A stretch of 18,464 nt of DNA from IMG/VR virus record IMGVR_UViG_2925846512_000001; one strand, written 5' to 3'. The notes under the pieces are model-generated. The model was not told the DNA's origin and made no database searches. It saw nothing but the letters and a program-made list of their open reading frames with translations. The stretch's first letter is position 1; every line of letters starts with the position of its first letter. This document shows, piece after piece, positions 8,765 to 18,464 of this stretch. This DNA comes from a virus. Its lineage: Duplodnaviria; Heunggongvirae; Uroviricota; Caudoviricetes. Position numbers and translations under genes: made by a program.

Positions 8765-11752
8765 ATGAGCTTAAGCGATCAGGTGGTAATGGCCACCAGC
8801 ATAGAAACGCTGATCGAGCTGCTAAAGAACCTGCCCGATTATGGGCGGGTTTCGTATGTGGTGACAGCGAAGGGAGACGAGGTAAAAACAGCGTTTGATA
8901 TCGTCGATGCCTCAGCTCTTTTGGTATCCAATACTCTGGATGGGAAAATTAATCCTGACTATCCCCAGGAACTTCAGCCGCGCGACCGGACCCGCGCATC
9001 CAGCCTTCTTCAGGTTAACCAGATATCCAAAGATTTGCGGCCTGCTCAGCTTACTGATTCCGGTTTATCCAGCCATGGCGCGCCGATAATTGGTGAGGAC
9101 AATGCCGTTGAGTCAGGTAATGGACGGACCATGGGGATCATCAAAGCCTATCAGGACGGTAATGCGGATCGGTATCGGGAGTACCTGATTGAACATGCGA
9201 CCGAATTCGGCATACGGCCTGAAAAGGTTGAATCAATGACGGCTCCGGTACTGGTGCGCCGCCGGTTAACGAAGGTTGACCGTGTTCAGTTTGCCAAGGA
9301 CTCAAATATTTCTGATCTCCAGGAAATGGCAGCCAGTGAAAAGGCTTTTGTTGATGCCGACAGCATAACACCGGCGATGATGGCGTTGTTTAACCCGTCA
9401 GAAAGCGGAGATCTGCTTAGCCGCAGTAATGACGCGTTTATTCGCGGATTCATGACGCAAGTTGGTGCCACACAGGCGGCTGGCCTTGTAACTGAAGATG
9501 GGCGACCAACACGGCAACTTGTTGACCGTATACAAAACGCGATCTTTGCCAAGGCATATAAGGATGCGCGCCTGGTAAGGATGGTTGCAGAAGAACCTGA
9601 TCCGGATATGCGTAATGTTCTGACGGCGCTTAATGCGGCAGCCAATGATTTTGTCCAGATGCAGGCTTTATCAGGAGAAGCGCACAAGCAGGCTGTGACA
9701 ACTATTGTTGATGGCATTGAGACAGCGGATAGCCTCGATAAAAAGGCGCTGGCGGCATTGAAAGATGCGGTAGACTTGGTAAGGCAATCGAAGGAGTCAG
9801 GCCAGCATATTACCGATGTTATTGCTCAGGGGGATATGTTCAGCGAAACGGCCCCGGAAGTGAAAGCACTCGCGTTGTTCATCGTCGCGAATAACCGTAG
9901 CGCGAAGCGTATGGCCACCGCCTTTAAGTTGATGGCGCAACGTATCAATGATGAGTTACAGCACCAGGGCCAGGCGCTCGGGGATATGTTTGGCGGCGGC
10001 GATGTGTCGTTACAGGATATCCTTCGCCAGGTGTCTCAGGAACTGGAATACGAAGGCATGCAAGGGATATCCGGCGGTCTTTTCGAGTCCGTTTCCGGCG
10101 GTAGTTACAACGGTGTTGCTCCGTATACCAGTTTGCTATTACATCGGGCATCCGGCATCAAAGACATTATTCATCTGATCAGGCTGCTTTCCCGCACAGA
10201 TCCCCAGGATGAACAGCTTGTACAAGTGCTTGCGCATTTTGTTCGAATGCCTGTTGCCGACGTGAAAAAATGGTGCCGATTATTCGGTATCAGCAATTCG
10301 TTACTTCGCGGCTTGTTAAATCACGCATCCTCCCTTGGGCGCGATGGCTTTGACGAGATAGCGCAGGCGATAAAAAACGGAGATATGCCACCAGCTATTG
10401 ACTGGTTTTCCATTCGCCCAACCAGGGTGAAAGCATTCCTTAGCGCGGCGCATTCGGCATCACCATTGGCAGAAATGGTTCAGAGGTTGTCGCTCATATT
10501 CACAGACCATACCGCGTTGGGTGATCTGACTCTGGACGAGATGAAAGAAGCCTCCATTCAGTGGGCCGATCAACAAAATGAGGTTAACTCAGACTTCTTG
10601 CCAGCATTCAGGAAGGCCGTTAGTAAAGCTGATGATGCCCGTGGAATTCTGAAGGCATTTAAGGCATTGCAAAGTCAGGTTAATAAACATGTCGGTGATA
10701 TCGATGGGGTAACGGCGGAAGGCAGGGATATCCTTAAAGAGCACGGCATAACGCCAGAGTTTATTGATGAGATCAGGACTGATATGCAGCGTGAGGTCGT
10801 ATCGTCCCTGCAAATTGTAGCCAGGGCGTTGGCGGATGCTAATCCGAAGAGTGCGGCCATTGTTAACCGGGTTATTGGTGATATTGAAGCATCGGAGGGC
10901 ATGGGGGCGCTGAAACTCTTCCTTTCGCGAGCGTTTAATCCTAACGGCAATATTCTCCCTGGCATTATTGGTGAGGCTAAAAAGTATGTCAGTGAAGAAG
11001 AACTTGAGCAGCTTGACCAACTACTTAAGCGATTCTCATACAACCCGCAGACACGCTGGCAAATGAATCAGCGAAGTATGGGTTCGGTCCACGAGAAAGT
11101 GTTATCTGCCATGAACAGTGCGATCGCAAACTCATCCGTATCTGAAGAAAAAGCTCTTGAGTGGGCCGACTCTTTTATCACGGAAGAAGTGGAAGAAGCC
11201 CGCGCTGGACAGAATGGTGGGATAGACCTGCGCAAGGAACTTGCTGATATTTATCGCCTGACCGGCGGTAAAATTTCGACCTTATCAAAGGTGGTTCACC
11301 ACAAGGGAAGGGCATATGCAAATCTTAATGGTGTTGTTGCTGTCAATTTGAACGATGAAAATGCAAGTGCACTGTGGCACGAGCTGGGTCATCATCTTGA
11401 GTACAGTAACCCTGGTTTGTTAGAGAAAGCCCGGTCATTCCTGAAGGCCAATGTTGAAGGGGATAAGCCATCTTTCGTTAATATCGGTGGGCGTGGCAAG
11501 CCTGAATGGTGCTTCAGATCTCGATTGAGTAATATTTATATGGCGAAGGTATACCCGCCAGTCTCAGTGAGTAACTCCGGGAAAATTCGGCAGAAATCAC
11601 CGACCATTTCCAAAACGTCAGCAACGGAAGTATTCTCTATGGCTCTTCAGTTGTATCATGACAAAGAGGCCGCTGCCGCATCACTGATGAATGGTGACGG
11701 ATTGCTGGAACTGTTATTAGGTGTGGCAAAGGAGCTAAATAATGCAGATTAA
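8765..11752 (+). CDS. ddrB: DdrB, large dar-operon protein with an N-terminal ParB-like motif and a C-terminal HExxH motif
   Basis: 995 aa; ESGNGRT at 9113-9127 and WHELGHHLE at 11378-11392; P1 synteny. Confidence 0.85.
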   Translation: MSLSDQVVMATSIETLIELLKNLPDYGRVSYVVTAKGDEVKTAFDIVDASALLVSNTLDGKINPDYPQELQPRDRTRASSLLQVNQISKDLRPAQLTDSGLSSHGAPIIGEDNAVESGNGRTMGIIKAYQDGNADRYREYLIEHATEFGIRPEKVESMTAPVLVRRRLTKVDRVQFAKDSNISDLQEMAASEKAFVDADSITPAMMALFNPSESGDLLSRSNDAFIRGFMTQVGATQAAGLVTEDGRPTRQLVDRIQNAIFAKAYKDARLVRMVAEEPDPDMRNVLTALNAAANDFVQMQALSGEAHKQAVTTIVDGIETADSLDKKALAALKDAVDLVRQSKESGQHITDVIAQGDMFSETAPEVKALALFIVANNRSAKRMATAFKLMAQRINDELQHQGQALGDMFGGGDVSLQDILRQVSQELEYEGMQGISGGLFESVSGGSYNGVAPYTSLLLHRASGIKDIIHLIRLLSRTDPQDEQLVQVLAHFVRMPVADVKKWCRLFGISNSLLRGLLNHASSLGRDGFDEIAQAIKNGDMPPAIDWFSIRPTRVKAFLSAAHSASPLAEMVQRLSLIFTDHTALGDLTLDEMKEASIQWADQQNEVNSDFLPAFRKAVSKADDARGILKAFKALQSQVNKHVGDIDGVTAEGRDILKEHGITPEFIDEIRTDMQREVVSSLQIVARALADANPKSAAIVNRVIGDIEASEGMGALKLFLSRAFNPNGNILPGIIGEAKKYVSEEELEQLDQLLKRFSYNPQTRWQMNQRSMGSVHEKVLSAMNSAIANSSVSEEKALEWADSFITEEVEEARAGQNGGIDLRKELADIYRLTGGKISTLSKVVHHKGRAYANLNGVVAVNLNDENASALWHELGHHLEYSNPGLLEKARSFLKANVEGDKPSFVNIGGRGKPEWCFRSRLSNIYMAKVYPPVSVSNSGKIRQKSPTISKTSATEVFSMALQLYHDKEAAAASLMNGDGLLELLLGVAKELNNAD

Positions 11753-12050
11753 AATCGCAGCGCCATTAGGCGGAGATGCCATTATCGAATTTGATGATAA
11801 TGAAGAAGTTTCCGGGCGTTTAAGCATTATCTCCGGTGACATTACCGAGGACATGATCGCTGAAGCCATAGCTGGAGCAAATCCCAATAGCTATATGGGA
11901 TTCGTTAACACCCTTGATGCTCCCGCAAGTGATGTTCTCCGAACGCTGTATCTTTACGCTGGCTGGTTTGTTGATTGGCCAGCAGTAGATGGTGGCGATG
12001 AGGACGACGACGATGATTTTGGTGATCATATAGACCAGATCATATATTAA
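11742..12050 (+). CDS. hxr: Hxr, small very acidic protein
   Basis: 102 aa, overlaps the ddrB stop, RBS AAGGAG; last gene of the operon, as in P1. Confidence 0.75.
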   Translation: MQIKIAAPLGGDAIIEFDDNEEVSGRLSIISGDITEDMIAEAIAGANPNSYMGFVNTLDAPASDVLRTLYLYAGWFVDWPAVDGGDEDDDDDFGDHIDQIIY

Positions 12051-12052
12051 AG

Positions 12053-12078
12053 AAATCCCGCCAATCGGCGGGATTTTT
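12053..12078. terminator. Bidirectional intrinsic terminator between hxr and the convergent ssb operon
   Basis: AAATCCCGCC-AATC-GGCGGGATTT-TT, with an A-tract before and a T-tract after the stem. Confidence 0.85.
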
Positions 12079-12081
12079 ACC

Positions 12082-13176
12082 TCACGAGAAGCTCTTTTCT
12101 GATGTCAGCCAACAGTGCTCGTGCAAATCTCTCGGAGGTTTTTCGACAAATGCCTCTTCAGCCACATCCTGCCAGGGGATTTGTTTAGCCCATTCAGCTA
12201 TAGCGTTATGGTTTGCCGAGAATAACGGTATTGTATAGGCCTTCAGCCAGTCTAATGTGCTGGAGTTGTGTTTTTGAGCGTGATGTTTCGCATGGTGTTT
12301 GGCGATCACGATCGTAGGCACTACCCATTTACTACCGTCAGTCATTGTGAAGTGCATATTACGGGGAACAGATGACTTTTCCATCAACTCCCGAATCCCG
12401 GGAAATTTCCCCAAGATCAATCGGCGATATTCATCGCTATTGCGCCCACCAAACTCTTTGGCTTTGAATTCAAGATATGCTTCAGAAACGAGAGGCGAAT
12501 CCTCTGTGTTTAGAGTTATCGCCGTGAAAAAACCAGCAGGATTGTTTTTACTATGGGCCAACCGGTGATGCGAATCATAAAAGTACCCTTTCTCGCGTTC
12601 CGATGGTTTCGACAGCAACAGCAGGCGCGAGTCATAATTGGTTAAATTGCCAGTTATCACTGCATGAGCGCGATCGCTGATTTCCGCCGAGTTAATAACG
12701 ATGAAAAGATCGTGCGGTCCAGTAAAACCAGCCAGAGACACTTCGTTATTCAGACAATAGGTTATATAGACGCATCCCCATGTTTCACTGATATGCACCA
12801 ACCCTTTGTCAGGGTGCATTCTGAAATGATTGCCAAGAAAAGGGTGTTTTTGGGTAACTCGCTCCCAATAACGGAACATATAGTCAATTATTGTTTTTCG
12901 ACTATCGTTAATAGCAGGAGAAACAACCACTGTACGGGAACACGAATACAGTATTGTTTGCAGGATGCTAATCACTGCCACAATAGAGGTTTCCCCAATA
13001 CCATGTGGTGTGGTGGCAGTGACTTTGGCTCCGGTGTTCTTTATCGCGTTAATAATTTTTGCTTGATGAGGTGTTAACTCAATATCAAGCAACTCTTTCG
13101 CTGCCAGTTCCCAATTGTCTTTATACTGTTCTATCAGTGCTAACCAGGCAGATTCATTCTGTATACGATTAATCAC
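12082..13176 (-). CDS. Degenerate PacB-like terminase ATPase domain fused to an unrelated C-terminal domain
   Basis: 364 aa, GTG start after GAGGTGG. It aligns by eye with the recalled P1 PacB N-terminus (GYFYDSHHRLA, FTAITLNTEDSPLV, VITGNLT, LLLLSKP, FGGR, GKFP). Walker A reads HGIGET and Walker B reads FIVINS. Confidence 0.78.
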   Translation of the reverse strand: MINRIQNESAWLALIEQYKDNWELAAKELLDIELTPHQAKIINAIKNTGAKVTATTPHGIGETSIVAVISILQTILYSCSRTVVVSPAINDSRKTIIDYMFRYWERVTQKHPFLGNHFRMHPDKGLVHISETWGCVYITYCLNNEVSLAGFTGPHDLFIVINSAEISDRAHAVITGNLTNYDSRLLLLSKPSEREKGYFYDSHHRLAHSKNNPAGFFTAITLNTEDSPLVSEAYLEFKAKEFGGRNSDEYRRLILGKFPGIRELMEKSSVPRNMHFTMTDGSKWVVPTIVIAKHHAKHHAQKHNSSTLDWLKAYTIPLFSANHNAIAEWAKQIPWQDVAEEAFVEKPPRDLHEHCWLTSEKSFS

Positions 13177-13963
13177 TTTCCACCTCTTCCGTGGTGTTTT
13201 CTCGCAGTTCTGTTAATGCAGCACGACACAGGTTCCGGGCTTTGGCTATAGCCACACTTTTTACCTCATCCGTCATTGTGCAGGTAATGTACTGATCGAG
13301 TTCTTCAGCTCGGATGATGCTTTTCCCTATCATAAACTCTATTTGCCAGAGCAGATCGGCATCCATCGCCAGTATTTCAGCCTGGCCTTCTGGGCCTGCG
13401 GGGAAGCAAACATAAGACTGTTTGCCCAGGCCGATAACTCGACAACTTGCTTCAAGAATTGCACGCTTGAGGTCTGACTTTGTAACTGAAACAGGTTGAT
13501 TTTCACCTGTGATTACGCCGTTGACATGGACGTGGAAGGGCATGTAGCTTGAAATTCGCTCTACTTTCCATACGCCAGCAAGCGATCCTTCATGCAGCAC
13601 GATGGGGGTAACCGCGAGTTTCATCTCACCATATAACTGCTGGCAGATAACTGGATTACTGAATACATCCAGAGGTTCACACTCAAACAGCGGCGCAATC
13701 TGCATGAGGTCCATCATGGTCATACCAGGGGTACGAGCAGTAATGAATCTGCGCATTCCAGTATCCATTGTGCGCCAGATAGCTACACCATGCTTTTTGC
13801 TCACTTCTTCAGTAAAGCCAAGGTGGCACATGATGGTTTTTTCGATAGCCAGATCAGAGATAGAAACCTTTTCGCCTGGCACTCCATCGTTATTGATGGT
13901 CACTTCGACACTCTGGCCATTACGTAGGCGGTATTGAATGGTTTTAGTATTTTGTGCTGTCAT
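13169..13963 (-). CDS. Hypothetical protein (264 aa)
   Basis: Long ORF with ATG start whose stop overlaps the next gene's start by 8 nt; no recognised domain. Confidence 0.8.
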   Translation of the reverse strand: MTAQNTKTIQYRLRNGQSVEVTINNDGVPGEKVSISDLAIEKTIMCHLGFTEEVSKKHGVAIWRTMDTGMRRFITARTPGMTMMDLMQIAPLFECEPLDVFSNPVICQQLYGEMKLAVTPIVLHEGSLAGVWKVERISSYMPFHVHVNGVITGENQPVSVTKSDLKRAILEASCRVIGLGKQSYVCFPAGPEGQAEILAMDADLLWQIEFMIGKSIIRAEELDQYITCTMTDEVKSVAIAKARNLCRAALTELRENTTEEVESD

Positions 13964-13977
13964 AGTCTTTTCTCTGC

Positions 13978-14160
13978 TTAAAAACTGATGTATTGCGCCT
14001 TCAGGTTGGTTAGGAATGTTTTCCCACCAGCGAAAGCAATATCTCGGGGTGTTCTATTCGTTAAAAGCGCGTGCCATTGCCAACTTTGGCGTTTTTGAGC
14101 GAGTTCGTGCTTTTGTCGGCGTCTGGACCACCGCTTTTCTTTCAGTCGTTTTTTACACAT
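13978..14160 (-). CDS. Small basic hypothetical protein (60 aa)
   Basis: Its ATG directly abuts the ssb TGA, and it fills the gap to the next ORF (14 nt). The N-terminus is Arg/Lys-rich. Confidence 0.55.
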   Translation of the reverse strand: MCKKRLKEKRWSRRRQKHELAQKRQSWQWHALLTNRTPRDIAFAGGKTFLTNLKAQYISF

Positions 14161-14649
14161 TCAAAACGGAATATCGTCGTCAAAGTCCATTGGAGGTTCG
14201 TTATTGGCGTTGCTCTGAGGTTTACCGCCACCACTGTATTGCTGGTGGTTTTGAGGTTGGTTTGATTGCCCCCAGCCATTTGAGGACTGTGAATCGTCAC
14301 GGCGAGCGCCGATCATTTGCATGGTGCCGCCCTGGCTGACGATAATTTCCGTCGTGTAACGTTCTACACCGGCGTCATCTGTCCACTTACGGGTTTTAAG
14401 TTTCCCTTCGATGTAGACCTGAGAACCTTTTCGTAAATATTCACTCGCAATTTCAGCAAGTTTTCCGAACAAAACTACTTTATGCCATTCTGTTTGCTCT
14501 TTCTGTTGGCCCGTTTGCTTGTCGCGCCATGATTCATTCGTTGCGATGCTGAGTCTTCCGACCGCTCCGCCATTTGGTATATACCTGATCTCCGGGTCTT
14601 GCCCCAGGGTACCAATCAGGATGACTTTGTTTACACCGCGTTGTGCCAC
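14161..14649 (-). CDS. ssb: Single-stranded DNA-binding protein
   Basis: 162 aa, GTG start; OB-fold motifs ([29 protein letters not shown]) and the acidic tail DFDDDIPF. Confidence 0.97.
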   Translation of the reverse strand: MAQRGVNKVILIGTLGQDPEIRYIPNGGAVGRLSIATNESWRDKQTGQQKEQTEWHKVVLFGKLAEIASEYLRKGSQVYIEGKLKTRKWTDDAGVERYTTEIIVSQGGTMQMIGARRDDSQSSNGWGQSNQPQNHQQYSGGGKPQSNANNEPPMDFDDDIPF

Positions 14650-14669
14650 TTTTCTTACCTAATAAAATA

Positions 14670-14686
14670 AATTAATTAGAGCAATA
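14670..14686 (-). promoter_or_regulatory. C1 repressor operator (Op21-like) upstream of ssb
   Basis: The minus strand reads ATTGCTCTAATTAATTT, 1 mismatch from the P1 C1 consensus ATTGCTCTAATAAATTT. Confidence 0.88.
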
Positions 14687-14712
14687 ATGTATATCTTTGA
14701 AACGTGGCTAAC

Positions 14713-14731
14713 AAGTGATTTGCATTATCCT
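14713..14731 (+). promoter_or_regulatory. Late promoter for lyz-lydD
   Basis: AAGTGATTT (14713-14721), 4-nt spacer, TATCCT (14726-14731); a degenerate los element. Confidence 0.65.
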
Positions 14732-14818
14732 GTGCCTTCTAAAGGGATCGAGTCAGTCGGTATTGGCTGTGAATGAGTGTTTGTCCTGGAGCGTAAAAAA
14801 TTCGCTTATGAGGTCTTT

Positions 14819-15376
14819 ATGAAGGGAAAAACAGCCGCAGGAGGCGGTGCAATTTGCGCTATCGCGGTGATGATTACCATCGTGATGGGTAATGGCAATG
14901 TGCGAACCAACCAGGCGGGGCTTGAGCTGATTGGTAACGCTGAAGGTTGCCGACGTGATCCATACATGTGCCCGGCGGGGGTATGGACTGACGGGATTGG
15001 TAATACACACGGGGTAACGCCGGGTGTGCGAAAAACCGACCAGCAAATCGCCGCTGATTGGGAAAAGAATATCCTGATCGCTGAACGCTGTATTAATCAG
15101 CACTTCCGGGGCAAAGACATGCCCGATAATGCCTTCAGTGCAATGACAAGCGCGGCATTCAATATGGGATGCAATAGCTTACGGACCTACTACAGCAAAG
15201 CGCGAGGCATGCGAGTAGAAACGTCCATCCACAAGTGGGCGCAGAAAGGGGAGTGGGTGAATATGTGTAACCATCTCCCTGATTTCGTGAACAGTAACGG
15301 CGTGCCCCTGCGAGGTTTAAAGATTCGCCGTGAAAAAGAACGCCAGCTTTGCCTGACGGGGCTGGTCAATGAATAA
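14819..15376 (+). CDS. lyz: SAR endolysin (lysozyme) Lyz, 185 aa
   Basis: Start ATG 14819 after GAGG. It has the SAR segment GGGAICAIAVMITIVMG and the catalytic region NAEGCRRDPYMCPAGVWTDG (E42/C51/T57). Confidence 0.95.
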   Translation: MKGKTAAGGGAICAIAVMITIVMGNGNVRTNQAGLELIGNAEGCRRDPYMCPAGVWTDGIGNTHGVTPGVRKTDQQIAADWEKNILIAERCINQHFRGKDMPDNAFSAMTSAAFNMGCNSLRTYYSKARGMRVETSIHKWAQKGEWVNMCNHLPDFVNSNGVPLRGLKIRREKERQLCLTGLVNE

Positions 15377-15623
15377 ACTCCGGCAGCTCCGCCGACTTTC
15401 GACAATGAAGTTATCGCTGGCGGCGATAGTTTTCGACTCGATTTTCATGGCGGTATATGTGCTCAATGAGACGTGGCCACTGGAACCGCTATTGTATGCT
15501 GGGCTTCGGCTGTGCCTGACATTTTTGAGCATGGCTGCAAGATTGATGCAGCAGAAAGAAACCGCTTCAGATTGTCCACGCCGCGCGGTGCGCAAATATA
15601 TGGCACGCAGGCGAAGGCGATAA
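15369..15623 (+). CDS. lydD: Putative holin LydD
   Basis: 84 aa, overlaps the lyz stop, with two hydrophobic segments and basic termini. Confidence 0.78.
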   Translation: MNKLRQLRRLSTMKLSLAAIVFDSIFMAVYVLNETWPLEPLLYAGLRLCLTFLSMAARLMQQKETASDCPRRAVRKYMARRRRR

Positions 15624-15634
15624 TAGTTAACGAG

Positions 15635-15662
15635 AACCCCGGCATCCGCCGGGGTTATTTTT
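15635..15662 (+). terminator. Intrinsic terminator after lydD (converging with pro)
   Basis: AACCCCGGC-ATCC-GCCGGGGTT-ATTTTT. Confidence 0.82.
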
Positions 15663-15667
15663 GGTGG

Positions 15668-18398
<2,731 letters not shown>

Positions 18399-18431
18399 TT
18401 AATTAGAATAATTCACATCGTGTTTGAACGG

Positions 18432-18450
18432 AATTTAACACTAGTCACTT
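18432..18450 (-). promoter_or_regulatory. Late promoter for prt-pro
   Basis: Minus strand AAGTGACTA (18450-18442), 4-nt spacer, TAAATT (18437-18432). Confidence 0.7.
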
Positions 18451-18464
18451 GTTAAGGATTACCA

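Noticed and set aside
9286-11043. Antisense ORFs inside ddrB (143, 143 and 122 aa), possible iddB equivalent
   Set aside because: They look like shadow ORFs with no RBS or motif support, and I cannot identify which, if any, is iddB.
12400-12411. Perfect 12-bp palindrome GGGAAATTTCCC at the domain junction of the PacB-like gene
   Set aside because: About 4-5 such palindromes are expected by chance in 18 kb (18464/4096).
14777-14818. Upstream extension of lyz (199 aa version)
   Set aside because: ATG 14819 has the RBS and gives the known 185 aa SAR endolysin.
15317-15645. Minus-strand ORFs over lydD, possible lydE
   Set aside because: P1 annotates lydE near here, but I cannot verify which frame matches, and neither has convincing features.

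Overview
An 18.5 kb stretch of a P1/P7-like phage-plasmid (Punavirus-type) with near-complete P1 synteny. In order: the end of baseplate gene 16; tail-fibre operon R-S-U; an invertible segment carrying U'/Sv' with two cix sites and cin; lydC; the late dar operon lydA-lydB-hdf-darA-ddrA-ddrB-hxr; a leftward operon behind a C1 operator (ssb plus three uncharacterised ORFs); lyz-lydD; and the leftward head operon prt-pro. Four Lpa-type late promoter elements and one C1 operator can be read directly. The most interesting element is the last gene of the ssb operon (12082-13176). It resembles the ATPase domain of the P1 terminase large subunit PacB, but both Walker A Lys and Walker B Asp-Glu are lost and the nuclease domain is replaced by an unrelated ~100 aa domain, so it may be a packaging-interference, decoy or anti-defence protein. 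Also notable are an unusually compact (~1.85 kb) e14/SfV-like invertible tail-fibre cassette, a very acidic Hxr (DNA-mimic candidate) and an HExxH motif in DdrB. Gene names rest on recalled similarity to P1 proteins and on synteny; no database search was run.
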